The translations under genes were made by a program, and so were the position numbers. 64,000 nt of DNA from Candidatus Latescibacterota bacterium (lineage in GTDB: Bacteria; Latescibacterota; UBA2968; UBA8231): positions 480,001-544,000 of the forward strand of contig OZ220090.1 in NCBI GenBank assembly GCA_964291625.2, given 5' to 3'. The notes below the pieces were generated by a model. That model was not told the origin of the DNA and searched no databases. It saw only the letters and a list, made by a program, of their open reading frames with translations. Below are positions 48,035 through 56,722 of the stretch, piece by piece (the stretch's first letter is position 1; every line of letters begins with the position of its first letter).

Positions 48035-48865
48035 CTACTTTTCCGGGAGATCGAGTACCTGGGCAGGGAATACAAGACTCGGATCCATGATCTGCTGTCT
48101 GTTCGCCTTGTAGATCTTGTGCCACATCGTCGGGTCATTGTAGACCTCCTGAGCGATCTTCGTCAGGAAGTCCCCCGAGGTCACCAAGTACTGGTTCTCG
48201 CCGATGGCAATGGGAATGTTGAACATCTGCTTCGGGAAGATCAGATCGGGATCATCGATCTGGTCCTTGTTCGCTCGGTAGATGCGAGGCCACATGTACG
48301 GATCGTCGTAGACCTCCGGCCTGGAGGCGATTCCCCAGAGATGGTCACCCTTCATGACCTCATAAGTAAGCTCTCTCGGTGCCCGGACCATCAGTTCGGC
48401 GATCAACTGGCCGGCGCGCTCGATCTTGGCCTTCATCTCAGGGAGTGCGGAGATGGGCGACATCTTCATCTCCGCCAAGTCCTCGGCGGCCATCTCCAAC
48501 TCGCCCCGGCGCCACATCAACTCCTCCGGTGCCAGCGCGGCCAGACCCTCAAGCTGTTGCAACAGAGCATCGAGACGGCGACCGAACTCAGCCACCTCGG
48601 CTTCCGTGGCGCCCACGAGGGCCAGGATCTCCGCATTCCGCTCTGCGATCCTCGCCTGCATCTCATCGACTCGGGCCTGGAGTGCAGCGATCTCCTCGTC
48701 GAGCTGGGCGATCTCGGCCTTGGCCTTGGCCTCTCCCGAGCGATGCGAAGCCAGCTGTACCAGGAACTCCTCGCAAGTCATCTTCATCTGCGCGGAGGCG
48801 CCGCCCACCAGACCGAAGGCAAGGGCAAGGAAGACCACACCACCTAAAGCGCGATGCCTTGGCAT
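48035..48865 (-). CDS. secreted coiled-coil protein with two C-terminal LysM domains
   Basis: Signal peptide ending ASA, long heptad region, YEVMKGDHLWGIA...PDLIFPKQ and YLVTSGDFLTKIA...PSLVFPAQ. Confidence 0.88.
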   Translation of the reverse strand: MPRHRALGGVVFLALAFGLVGGASAQMKMTCEEFLVQLASHRSGEAKAKAEIAQLDEEIAALQARVDEMQARIAERNAEILALVGATEAEVAEFGRRLDALLQQLEGLAALAPEELMWRRGELEMAAEDLAEMKMSPISALPEMKAKIERAGQLIAELMVRAPRELTYEVMKGDHLWGIASRPEVYDDPYMWPRIYRANKDQIDDPDLIFPKQMFNIPIAIGENQYLVTSGDFLTKIAQEVYNDPTMWHKIYKANRQQIMDPSLVFPAQVLDLPEK

Positions 48866-48894
48866 TTCAGTGCCTTTCTCGTGTTGAAGAATTG

Positions 48895-49188
48895 TCACTC
48901 GGACATCCGGTTGGACAGATTCGCCTCCGTTGCCGCCTTCTTCTCGTCCAGCGCCTTCAACTCGGCCTTGGCTCCGGCGAGCTCACTCTCGAGTCGGGCC
49001 TTCTCGGCCTTTTTCTCGGCTACCTTGTCTTCTGCGGCCTCCATCGCCTGCCGTTGTTCCTCGAGAAGGGAGAGTTCCTTCTGGTTGGGAACGGCGGAAC
49101 AGCCAGCGATCAGCCCGGCGGCGAGGACAGCGGCCACGATCTGGACGTGGTCCTTGGCAGCACGAGCGCTGCTAGGAGAAATACCCAT
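48895..49188 (-). CDS. small coiled-coil lipoprotein
   Basis: Hydrophobic stretch with lipobox LIAG-C, followed by an Ala/Glu/Lys heptad helix; GGGGAG RBS. Confidence 0.75.
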   Translation of the reverse strand: MGISPSSARAAKDHVQIVAAVLAAGLIAGCSAVPNQKELSLLEEQRQAMEAAEDKVAEKKAEKARLESELAGAKAELKALDEKKAATEANLSNRMSE

Positions 49189-49265
49189 CGAGCTACTCCC
49201 CTGTGTCTGCTTGTCGGTTTGGATGTGCGGATTCCGCGAAATGGCGAAATGGCTAGTCATGGATC

Positions 49266-49294
49266 AAGGTAATCGCGTCCAAAGGGGATGTCAA
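49266..49294 (-). promoter_or_regulatory. sigma70-type promoter of the lipoprotein-LysM operon
   Basis: TTGACA-17 bp-TACCTT on the minus strand. Confidence 0.65.
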
Positions 49295-49330
49295 GTTAAA
49301 TCCCCTGTCCTTACAATGGCTTACAGCGGC

Positions 49331-51112
49331 CTACCGGAGCCGGATGCCCAGTTCCCGTAGCTGGGGGGCATCCACCGGTCCGGGCGCATCTTCCATGAGG
49401 CCAACCGCCTTGTTCGTCTTGGGGAAGGCGATCACATCGCGGATCGAGTCCTCCCCTGCCAGCATGGCCACCAGCCGGTCGAAACCGAAGGCGATCCCGC
49501 CATGGGGCGGAGCCCCGTGTTCCAGGGCCTCGAGCAGAAAGCCGAACTTCTCCCGGGCCTCCTGGTCAGAGATGCTCAACAGTTGGAACAGGCGATTCTG
49601 CAACCCCGACTCGTGGATCCGGATCGAGCCCCCGGCGATTTCGTCGCCGTTGATAACGAGATCATAGGCTCGAGCACGCACCAGGGCCGGATCCTCGTCC
49701 AGCGCCCCGACATCTTCCGGGAGGGGGGCCGTAAAGGGGTGGTGCACGGCCTGGTATCCATCCGCATCTGGATCTGGTTCCAGGAGGGGAAAGCGATCGA
49801 CCCACAGGGGGTGCCAGCTGTCGGCAGCGAGCCCGAAGCGCTCCGCCAGCTCGAGACGGAGGGCGCCCAGCACCCTCGCCGCCGCACTGGGCGCGTCCGC
49901 CACCAGCAGGAGCAGATCACCAGGCTCCGAGGCCAGAGCCTCGATCAGGAGGTCCTGCGAAGCCTTCGGGAAATACTTGACAATGGAGGACTCGAGACCT
50001 CGGTCCGTGTGCCGGATCCAGCTGAGCCCCTTGGCTCCCTGCTCCTGGGCAAATGCGATCAGCCCATCTATTTGACTTCTAGGTAACTGACTGTGCCCCT
50101 TTGCGTTTAGTCCCTTTACCTGTCCTCCCGAGTCAACTACCGAGCGGAAAATACCAAACTCGGATGCACGGGCTGCTTCCATCAGGTCGACCAACTCCAG
50201 GCCAAACCGCAGGTCGGGGCGGTCGCAGCCGAAGCGGTCCATCGCTTCGTGATAGGAGATCCGGGGAAAGGGATCGGGCAGGGATATGCCGGAGACCTCG
50301 GAGAAGAGAGACCGGGTCAGACGCTCCGCCAGGTCCATCACCCGCTTTTCGTCGACGAAGGACATTTCGATGTCGATCTGGGTGAACTCCGGCTGCCGGT
50401 CGGCCCGCAGATCCTCGTCCCGGAAACACCGGACGATCTGGTAGTAGCGGTCGAAGCCGGAGACCATCAGCAGCTGCTTGTAGGTCTGGGGAGATTGAGG
50501 AAGGGCGAAAAACCGGCCCTGGTGAACCCGGCTGGGAACCAGGAAATCCCGGGCTCCCTCGGGGGTACTGCGGATCAGAAAGGGGGTCTCCACCTCGAGG
50601 AAGCCCTCGCCATCGAGAAACCCCCGGGTCGTCCGGTAGCATTGATGTCGCAAGGCCAGATTGCCCTGCATCCGCGGCCGGCGCAGGTCGAGGTACCGGT
50701 ATCTGAGGCGTGTCTCCTCGCCCAACTCCACGGTGTCGTCGAGTTGGAACGGCACGGGCCTGGACTCGTTCAGGAGTCTTACCCGATCGCAGTTGACCTC
50801 GACCTCGCCGGTTGGCAGGCGCGGGTTGACCATCCCCAGAGGACGACGCTCGACGATGCCATGGACGGCGACGACGAATTCGTTGCGCAGGGCCTCCGCC
50901 CGGGTATGGGCCTCGGAGCTGTGCTGGGGATTGAAGACGACCTGGGTGACGCCGCCGCGGTCCCGCAGATCGATGAAGATGACGCCGCCGTGATCCCGCC
51001 GGGTCGATACCCACCCCATCAGGATCACGCGCTCGCCGAGATGCTCGGCCGTCAGGGTGCCGCAGTCGTGGGTGCGCTGCCAGTCACCGAGAGAATCGAG
51101 TCTGGTGGACAT
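49331..51112 (-). CDS. aspS: aspartate--tRNA ligase, probably non-discriminating (Asp/Asn)
   Basis: RTHDCG, RRDHGG, RYRYLDLRR, LPQSPQ, RCFRDEDLRADRQPEFTQID, PPHGGIAFGFDR. Confidence 0.96.
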   Translation of the reverse strand: MSTRLDSLGDWQRTHDCGTLTAEHLGERVILMGWVSTRRDHGGVIFIDLRDRGGVTQVVFNPQHSSEAHTRAEALRNEFVVAVHGIVERRPLGMVNPRLPTGEVEVNCDRVRLLNESRPVPFQLDDTVELGEETRLRYRYLDLRRPRMQGNLALRHQCYRTTRGFLDGEGFLEVETPFLIRSTPEGARDFLVPSRVHQGRFFALPQSPQTYKQLLMVSGFDRYYQIVRCFRDEDLRADRQPEFTQIDIEMSFVDEKRVMDLAERLTRSLFSEVSGISLPDPFPRISYHEAMDRFGCDRPDLRFGLELVDLMEAARASEFGIFRSVVDSGGQVKGLNAKGHSQLPRSQIDGLIAFAQEQGAKGLSWIRHTDRGLESSIVKYFPKASQDLLIEALASEPGDLLLLVADAPSAAARVLGALRLELAERFGLAADSWHPLWVDRFPLLEPDPDADGYQAVHHPFTAPLPEDVGALDEDPALVRARAYDLVINGDEIAGGSIRIHESGLQNRLFQLLSISDQEAREKFGFLLEALEHGAPPHGGIAFGFDRLVAMLAGEDSIRDVIAFPKTNKAVGLMEDAPGPVDAPQLRELGIRLR

Positions 51113-51149
51113 CTCTGCCGTTGTTCAAGGATCCGGGTTGAAGCGAGTA

Positions 51150-51178
51150 ACATTATGTATTTCCTGGAATTGTGTCAA
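51150..51178 (-). promoter_or_regulatory. sigma70-type promoter of aspS
   Basis: TTGACA-17 bp-TAATGT in an AT-rich patch. Confidence 0.65.
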
Positions 51179-51213
51179 AGCCGGACTCTCCCCGATCACT
51201 CCCGGGCCCTCCG

Positions 51214-51241
51214 TTGACGACACGGTCTCGGCCGCTATATT
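51214..51241 (+). promoter_or_regulatory. sigma70-type promoter of the cysteine synthase operon
   Basis: TTGACG-16 bp-TATATT, divergent from the aspS promoter. Confidence 0.55.
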
Positions 51242-51370
51242 CGCCCGCCCTCACGGACCCGGGTCCAGGCCCCAGGGCTCGACTCGGCGTCAAGGCGGCG
51301 GTCCAGGCCCCCCCGAACCGGGCACTCCCCGCCATCGAGCCATGCAGGACCCTGGAAGGAGGTGGATCCG

Positions 51371-52324
51371 GTGACCGCCCTCCCCGGCGAACTCGGCATC
51401 GTCGACCAGATCGGCAACACCCCTCTGCTGCGGCTGCCCGGCGTCGATGTCCCATCTCATGTCTCCGTGTACGCCAAGCTGGAGTTCTTCAACCCGGGCG
51501 GGTCGGTCAAGGATCGGCCGGCGCGGCGGATGATTCTCGAGGGGATCGCCTCGGGCGCTCTCGGTCCGGGCAAGGTGATCCTCGACTCGACGTCGGGAAA
51601 CACCGGTATCGCCTATGCGATGATCGGCGCCGCCCTCGGGTACCCGGTGAAGCTGGCCATGCCCGCCAATGTGACGCGCGAGCGCAGCTCCATCCTCGCC
51701 GCCTACGGAGCCCAGGTGGTCCTCACCGATCCGGCGGAAGGCTCCGACGGGGCGATTCTGGAGGCTCGCCGGATCCAGGCGGAGGATGCGGAGCGCTACT
51801 TCAAACCCGATCAGTACAACAATCCGGCCAACTGGTGGGCTCACCGCGATTCGACGGCCCTGGAGATCTGGAGACAGACCGGGGGGAACGTGACTCACCT
51901 GGTAGCTACCATGGGGACCAGCGGGACGGTGATGGGGACCGGGCGCGGGCTGAAGGCGCGCAACCCGGAGATCACGGTCGTCGGAGTGGAGCCCTCCGAC
52001 GCCTTTCATGGGATCGAGGGGCTGAAACACATGGACAGCTCGATCGTCCCGGGGATCTACGACGAGTCCTTCCTCGACTCGAAGATCGGTGTCGACACGG
52101 ATGACGCCTACGAGGCTGCGCTGCGCCTTTCCCGCGAGCTCGGAGTCCTCGTCGGCCAGTCCTCGGGCGCCGCTTACGGGGCTGCCCTCGGAGTGGCCAG
52201 AGAGCTGTCCCGTGGTACGGTGGTGACCATCTTCTGTGATGGAGGAGACAAGTACATGACGACCCCCATGTGGCGTGAGCTTCTCGAGGAACGGGGGATC
52301 TCGGGGAGCGCGAGCAGATGCTGA
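51371..52324 (+). CDS. cysM: PLP-dependent cysteine synthase (CysM-like)
   Basis: IGNTPL, KLEFFNPGGSVKDR, TSGNTG, GTSGT, GQSSG; AGGAGG before GTG 51371. Confidence 0.88.
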   Translation: MTALPGELGIVDQIGNTPLLRLPGVDVPSHVSVYAKLEFFNPGGSVKDRPARRMILEGIASGALGPGKVILDSTSGNTGIAYAMIGAALGYPVKLAMPANVTRERSSILAAYGAQVVLTDPAEGSDGAILEARRIQAEDAERYFKPDQYNNPANWWAHRDSTALEIWRQTGGNVTHLVATMGTSGTVMGTGRGLKARNPEITVVGVEPSDAFHGIEGLKHMDSSIVPGIYDESFLDSKIGVDTDDAYEAALRLSRELGVLVGQSSGAAYGAALGVARELSRGTVVTIFCDGGDKYMTTPMWRELLEERGISGSASRC

Positions 52325-52785
52325 GGGTTTCGCGGGACCAGGTGCGGAGGATTTGCGAGCAGGCGATGGTGGAGTACCCCGCGGAATGCTGCGGGATCCT
52401 CATCTCCGAGCCGGGGGGCGAAGCCATCGAGGTCCACCCCTGCCGTAATATCCAGGACGAGCTCCACGAGCGGGACCCATCGGAGTATCCCCGAGACTCG
52501 GGGACCGCCTATTTCATCGACCCTGGAGAGCTATTCCGCATCGTCCGCGCCGCGGAGAGGGCGGGAGGACGGGTCGCCGGCTTCTACCACTCCCACATCG
52601 ACTGCGATGCCTACTTCTCCGAAGAGGACAAGGCGAGGGCCATGGCTTGGGACGAGCCCGCCTATCCCGAGGCCGTGTACCTGGTGATCTCCGTCCATGC
52701 CGACGGCGTGCGCGGAAGCAGAGCCTTCGCCTGGGATCCGCGGCGATCCGACTTCGCCGAGGTAGAGGTGCAGTTCCCGATGTGA
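52318..52785 (+). CDS. JAMM/Mov34 (M67, Mec-like) metallopeptidase
   Basis: YPAECCG and GFYHSHIDCDAYFSEED (HSH-x-S-x-x-D JAMM motif). Confidence 0.9.
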   Translation: MLRVSRDQVRRICEQAMVEYPAECCGILISEPGGEAIEVHPCRNIQDELHERDPSEYPRDSGTAYFIDPGELFRIVRAAERAGGRVAGFYHSHIDCDAYFSEEDKARAMAWDEPAYPEAVYLVISVHADGVRGSRAFAWDPRRSDFAEVEVQFPM

Positions 52786-52945
52786 GTGCTTGCAGCTCCG
52801 GCCCGTCGGGCTCCGGTTTAGCGATTGGATCTTCCGGCGGCTATACTTGCTGCGATCCAAGGCTCGGGTCGGACGAACTCGCCGGCTCCGCCCGTGCCTT
52901 TCCGTGGAATCCCCGAAGCGCAGTTCCCTCTGGAGGAGTCTGGAG

Positions 52946-53236
52946 ATGCCCGTAACCGTTCACGTGCCAACCCCTCTCCGCAAGCTCACGGCAAACCAGG
53001 CCGATGTTCAGATCGAGGCCGGTTCGGTGTCGGAGCTGGTCGACAGCCTTGAGGCTTCCCACGCGGGAATCAAGGAGAAGCTGGTCGACGAGGAGGGGGA
53101 GATTCGCCGCTACGTCAACATCTATGTCAACGAGGAGGACGTCCGCTTTCTGGACGGCAAGGAAACGACTCTGGCGGACGGGGACAGCGTATCGATCGTG
53201 CCCGCCATCGCCGGCGGTCGACGAGCTGGGGTGTGA
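52946..53236 (+). CDS. MoaD/ThiS/CysO family ubiquitin-like sulfur carrier with C-terminal extension
   Basis: PTPLR...NIYVNEEDVRFL...SIVPAIAGG followed by RRAGV; GGAGG RBS. Confidence 0.9.
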   Translation: MPVTVHVPTPLRKLTANQADVQIEAGSVSELVDSLEASHAGIKEKLVDEEGEIRRYVNIYVNEEDVRFLDGKETTLADGDSVSIVPAIAGGRRAGV

Positions 53237-53303
53237 TCGGGGGCGTGCTTCGGGTCCGAGGCCGCGGCTGGTCTCGGACCCGGCCGAGCGCAGAACCGCC
53301 GCG

Positions 53304-53558
53304 TCAGCCGAGGTTCTTGACGTGCCGGGTGAGGCGCGACTTGTGCCGGGCCCCCGTGTTGGCCTGCAGCACCCCCTTGCGGACGGTGCGGTCGATCACC
53401 GAAATGGCGGCGGACAGAGCCTCCTGCCCTGCCTGAGCATCCGATGCCTGACGTACACGCTTGACGGCGGTGCGCATCGTCGACAGGACGCTCCGGTTCC
53501 GAAGCCGCCGCTGACGGGACTTTCGCAGGCTCTTCTTCGCTGACTTGAGGGCCGGCAA
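53304..53558 (-). CDS. rpsT: 30S ribosomal protein S20
   Basis: KSAKKSLRKS...RNRSVLSTMRTAVK...IDRTVRKGVLQANTGARHKSRL; TTG start with AGAGGAG RBS. Confidence 0.93.
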   Translation of the reverse strand: MPALKSAKKSLRKSRQRRLRNRSVLSTMRTAVKRVRQASDAQAGQEALSAAISVIDRTVRKGVLQANTGARHKSRLTRHVKNLG

Positions 53559-53833
53559 GGGGCTCTCCTCTCTGTTGTCGGCAAGGCCCGACTTGGCAGT
53601 CGGTGGCCCGGCCACCTACGTCCTGAGCCGCGGAAGGCGCGTGAACACACCTTTCGCCGGGAACTTGCGCTGAATCTCCCGAAAGGTCCAATCTGCCAAA
53701 GATATCTGGCGGCCAGGCTGCCGGCAACTCTGCTCCCCCGGGACTGGTCGAAGTGCAGGCGCCTGGCTATCATAGGGCTGGTGCCGCCGTGGTCGCCGGC
53801 GGCTCCCCTCTGCAGGAGCCAAGTGAATACCTC

Positions 53834-54478
53834 GTGTCTGCTCCGACCCCCCTGACTGTGCCCTCCTCCGGGGGGTCCCTCGGGCCTGGACAGGTGGCCG
53901 GTGTCCTCCTCGCCGCCGGTCGTTCCCGCCGCATGGGGCGCCCCAAGCAGTTGCTGCCCATCGACGGCACCACCATGATCGAGGCCGTCATCACCCGTGT
54001 CCGCCCCCACGTCGATCATCTGGTCGTGGTCATCGGTCACGCCGCCGAGGAAATCGCACCCCTTCTCCGCCCCCACGGAGTGAGGGTGGCGGTCAACGAG
54101 GAGGTCGACCGGGGCATGCTAGGTTCGGTGAAGTGCGGACTGAGAGCCGCCGGAACCCGTTGGCAGGGCTACCTGTTCTGTCTCGGAGATCAACCGGGCC
54201 TGACCGACTCCGTTGTGCAGGCCGTGTTCACCGGCGCTGCCTCTTCGGAGAAAGGGATCGTCATCCCCACCTACTCCGGCCGGCGCGGACACCCGGTATA
54301 CCTCTCCCGGCGCTACTACGACGAGATCCTGGGACTGGATGAACGCTCGGGCCTCAACGCCCTGACCGGTTCCCGGCCGGACGACACGCTCGAAGTGCCC
54401 GTAGCCGAGCCGGCCGCGGTGGAAGACGTGGATACCCCCGCCGACTACGCCCGCATGCTGGGCGGCGGGGCCTCCTGA
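53834..54478 (+). CDS. molybdenum cofactor cytidylyltransferase MocA-like nucleotidyltransferase
   Basis: LLAAGRSRRMGRPKQLL, LGDQP, GHPV, DVDTPADY; start uncertain. Confidence 0.85.
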   Translation: MSAPTPLTVPSSGGSLGPGQVAGVLLAAGRSRRMGRPKQLLPIDGTTMIEAVITRVRPHVDHLVVVIGHAAEEIAPLLRPHGVRVAVNEEVDRGMLGSVKCGLRAAGTRWQGYLFCLGDQPGLTDSVVQAVFTGAASSEKGIVIPTYSGRRGHPVYLSRRYYDEILGLDERSGLNALTGSRPDDTLEVPVAEPAAVEDVDTPADYARMLGGGAS

Positions 54479-54481
54479 TCG

Positions 54482-55540
54482 ATGGAAGACCCGATCCACA
54501 CCCTGAACGGCCTGCTCTCGGCAGGAAAGCCAGTGGCGCTCTCGTCGCTGATCGAGAGCAGCGGCTCCATCCCGATGAGCGAGCGCGCCAAGATGATCGT
54601 CGACGCCGGGGGACGAGCCCATGGGACGATCGGCGGCGGCTGCCTGGAGGCCGAGATCCTCACCGTGGCGCAGGACGTCCTCGCCTCCGGCAGGCCGCAG
54701 GCGACGGGCTACACCATGACGGAGAAGCAGGCCGGCGAGCACGGCCTCAATTGCGGCGGCACGGTCCGCATCTACACCGAGCGGATCGACCCGGATTCCA
54801 GAGAGCTCTTCGGCGAGGTCGCCGCCGCCAGGGGTGACCGGTCCCCATGCGTCCTCGTGACCGGTCTCGGTGAGCAGGGCCGGGCGCTCCTGCACCAAGA
54901 CGGCCGCCGGCGAGGAGACCTGGCCACCGTGGGGGAGGAACGACTTTCCTCCTGGGCGCAGATGGCCCTGGAGCGGGAGCGTTCCAGTCTGCAGAACGCG
55001 GGAGCAGGGGAGTTCTTCGTGGAGCCCTTCACCCCGCCGCCGATGCTCTTCGTCTTCGGGGGGGGACACGTGGGCGGCCAAATCGGACGCCTGGCGAAGA
55101 ACGCCGGCTTCCATGTCGTCATCGCCGACGACCGTCCGTACTTCGCCAACCACGAGCGCCATCCCGAGGTGGACGAATGCGTGGCCGACGAGGTCGAGGC
55201 GGTGTTCTCACGGCTGCCGGTGGATGACCAGATCTACATCGTCGCCGCCACGCGCGGGCACCAACACGACGAGATCGTGGTGGAGAATGCCATCTCCCGA
55301 AGGGCGCGCTACATCGGCATGCTCGGCAGCGAGCGCAAGAAGATGATTCTCTGGCAGCGGATCGAGGCCCGGGGCGGCAGCCGTGAGCGGCTGGAGGAGG
55401 TCTACTCTCCCGTGGGCCTGGACATCGGCGCCGACACGCCCGAGGAGATCGCCGTCAGCGTGGTGGCCGAGTTGATCCAGGTCCGCAGGAGCAACCGCCG
55501 CAAGCGGTGGAAGACCAAGCGGACCGAGGCCGCGGCCTGA
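54482..55540 (+). CDS. XdhC/CoxI family molybdoenzyme maturation factor
   Basis: GTIGGGCLE, CGG, FGGGHVG, TRGHQHD, YIGMLGS, PVGLDIGADTPEEIAVS. Confidence 0.92.
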   Translation: MEDPIHTLNGLLSAGKPVALSSLIESSGSIPMSERAKMIVDAGGRAHGTIGGGCLEAEILTVAQDVLASGRPQATGYTMTEKQAGEHGLNCGGTVRIYTERIDPDSRELFGEVAAARGDRSPCVLVTGLGEQGRALLHQDGRRRGDLATVGEERLSSWAQMALERERSSLQNAGAGEFFVEPFTPPPMLFVFGGGHVGGQIGRLAKNAGFHVVIADDRPYFANHERHPEVDECVADEVEAVFSRLPVDDQIYIVAATRGHQHDEIVVENAISRRARYIGMLGSERKKMILWQRIEARGGSRERLEEVYSPVGLDIGADTPEEIAVSVVAELIQVRRSNRRKRWKTKRTEAAA

Positions 55541-55542
55541 CC

Positions 55543-56607
55543 GTGTCCGATCCGACCCGCCTTGATGGGGGAGGGGCGGAGCTTCGCTACGCCGCCGCCG
55601 CCTGCCAGGTCGATCAGCCCAACCCGGTGGACCGCGCCGGCATCGCGGCCAACACGGCCCGTATGCTCGAGATGATCGACATGGCCGTCGAGGCCTACAG
55701 CCCCTTCTGGGACATTCGCCTCCTCGCCTTTCCCGAGTTCGCCCACGCCGCGCCCATCTATCCCACGGCCCGCGCGCTGCACCGGCAACTCGCCCTGCCG
55801 ATCCCCAACGAGCATACCGAGCGTTACCTGGCCAAGGCTCAGGAGCTCGGGGTCTACATCCAGACCGGGTCTTTTCTCGAGCAGGACGACCGTTGGCCCG
55901 GCAAGGTCTTCAACACGACCTGCCTCGTCGGGCCCGAGGGCCTGCTGCTGAGATACCGCAAGGTGAACCCCTGGCTCCCCTGGGAGGTGCACACGAGCCC
56001 ACACGACCTGGAGGGATACGAGGAGGAACTCTTTCCGGTGGCGCGGACCCCGATCGGCAACATCGGGGTCGCCATCTGCTACGACTGGCTCTTCCCCGAG
56101 CCTCTCCGGCAGCTCGCCGCGAACGGGGCCGAGGTTCTGATCCGGGTTTCCGCCTACATGGATCCATGGGGGGCCACCGTGCCCATGGACTGGTGGACCA
56201 CGGTCAACCGCTGCCGGGCCCTGGAGAACACCGCCTGCGTGGTCGCTGCCAACCAGGGGGCTTCGCTCTCCCACTATCCTCCCTTCTCCTGGCCGGGGGG
56301 CAGCATGGTGGTCGACTACGATGGCCGGATTCTCGCGCAGGCCGACCCGGGCCCGGGGGAGAAGATCGTCGTCGCTCCCATCGACATCGGCACCCTCCGC
56401 CACGAGCGGAACCGGCGGCGGGGACACGACATGCTCGCCCACCTGCGCACCGAGGCCTACCCGCTCTATCGGGAGTCGGTCTATCCGCCCGGACGGCGGA
56501 ACGCTTCCGCGAACCACACCACGGCGGCCAACGAAGAGGGCATCGAGCAGGCGCGGCGGCGGCTCACGGATCTCGGCGCCCGGGCACACGGGGAACCGGC
56601 GGAGTAG
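55543..56607 (+). CDS. nitrilase-superfamily carbon-nitrogen hydrolase
   Basis: E-K-C triad in FPEF, YRKVNPW and ICYD. Confidence 0.88.
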   Translation: MSDPTRLDGGGAELRYAAAACQVDQPNPVDRAGIAANTARMLEMIDMAVEAYSPFWDIRLLAFPEFAHAAPIYPTARALHRQLALPIPNEHTERYLAKAQELGVYIQTGSFLEQDDRWPGKVFNTTCLVGPEGLLLRYRKVNPWLPWEVHTSPHDLEGYEEELFPVARTPIGNIGVAICYDWLFPEPLRQLAANGAEVLIRVSAYMDPWGATVPMDWWTTVNRCRALENTACVVAANQGASLSHYPPFSWPGGSMVVDYDGRILAQADPGPGEKIVVAPIDIGTLRHERNRRRGHDMLAHLRTEAYPLYRESVYPPGRRNASANHTTAANEEGIEQARRRLTDLGARAHGEPAE

Positions 56608-56722
56608 GGGGCGCCATCCCCAGGCATGGCCGCGGGTCCGTATGCCAAGCCGGTTCCCCTCCGGGGCCGAAGGCGGCAGCGAGTCCGCCAGTCTCGGGAT
56701 TCTCGAAGGGACCGGCGGAGTG

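Noticed and set aside
49270-51180. dif-like fragments ATGTCAAGTTAAAT (about 49288) and TTGTGTCAAAG (51170)
   Set aside because: No XerC arm at the correct spacing; both are explained as minus-strand TTGACA -35 boxes
51340-51366. CAGGACCCTGGAAGGAGG resembling the SRP RNA domain IV motif
   Set aside because: Lacks the GNRA-capped stem and following AGCAG; the GGAGG is the cysM RBS
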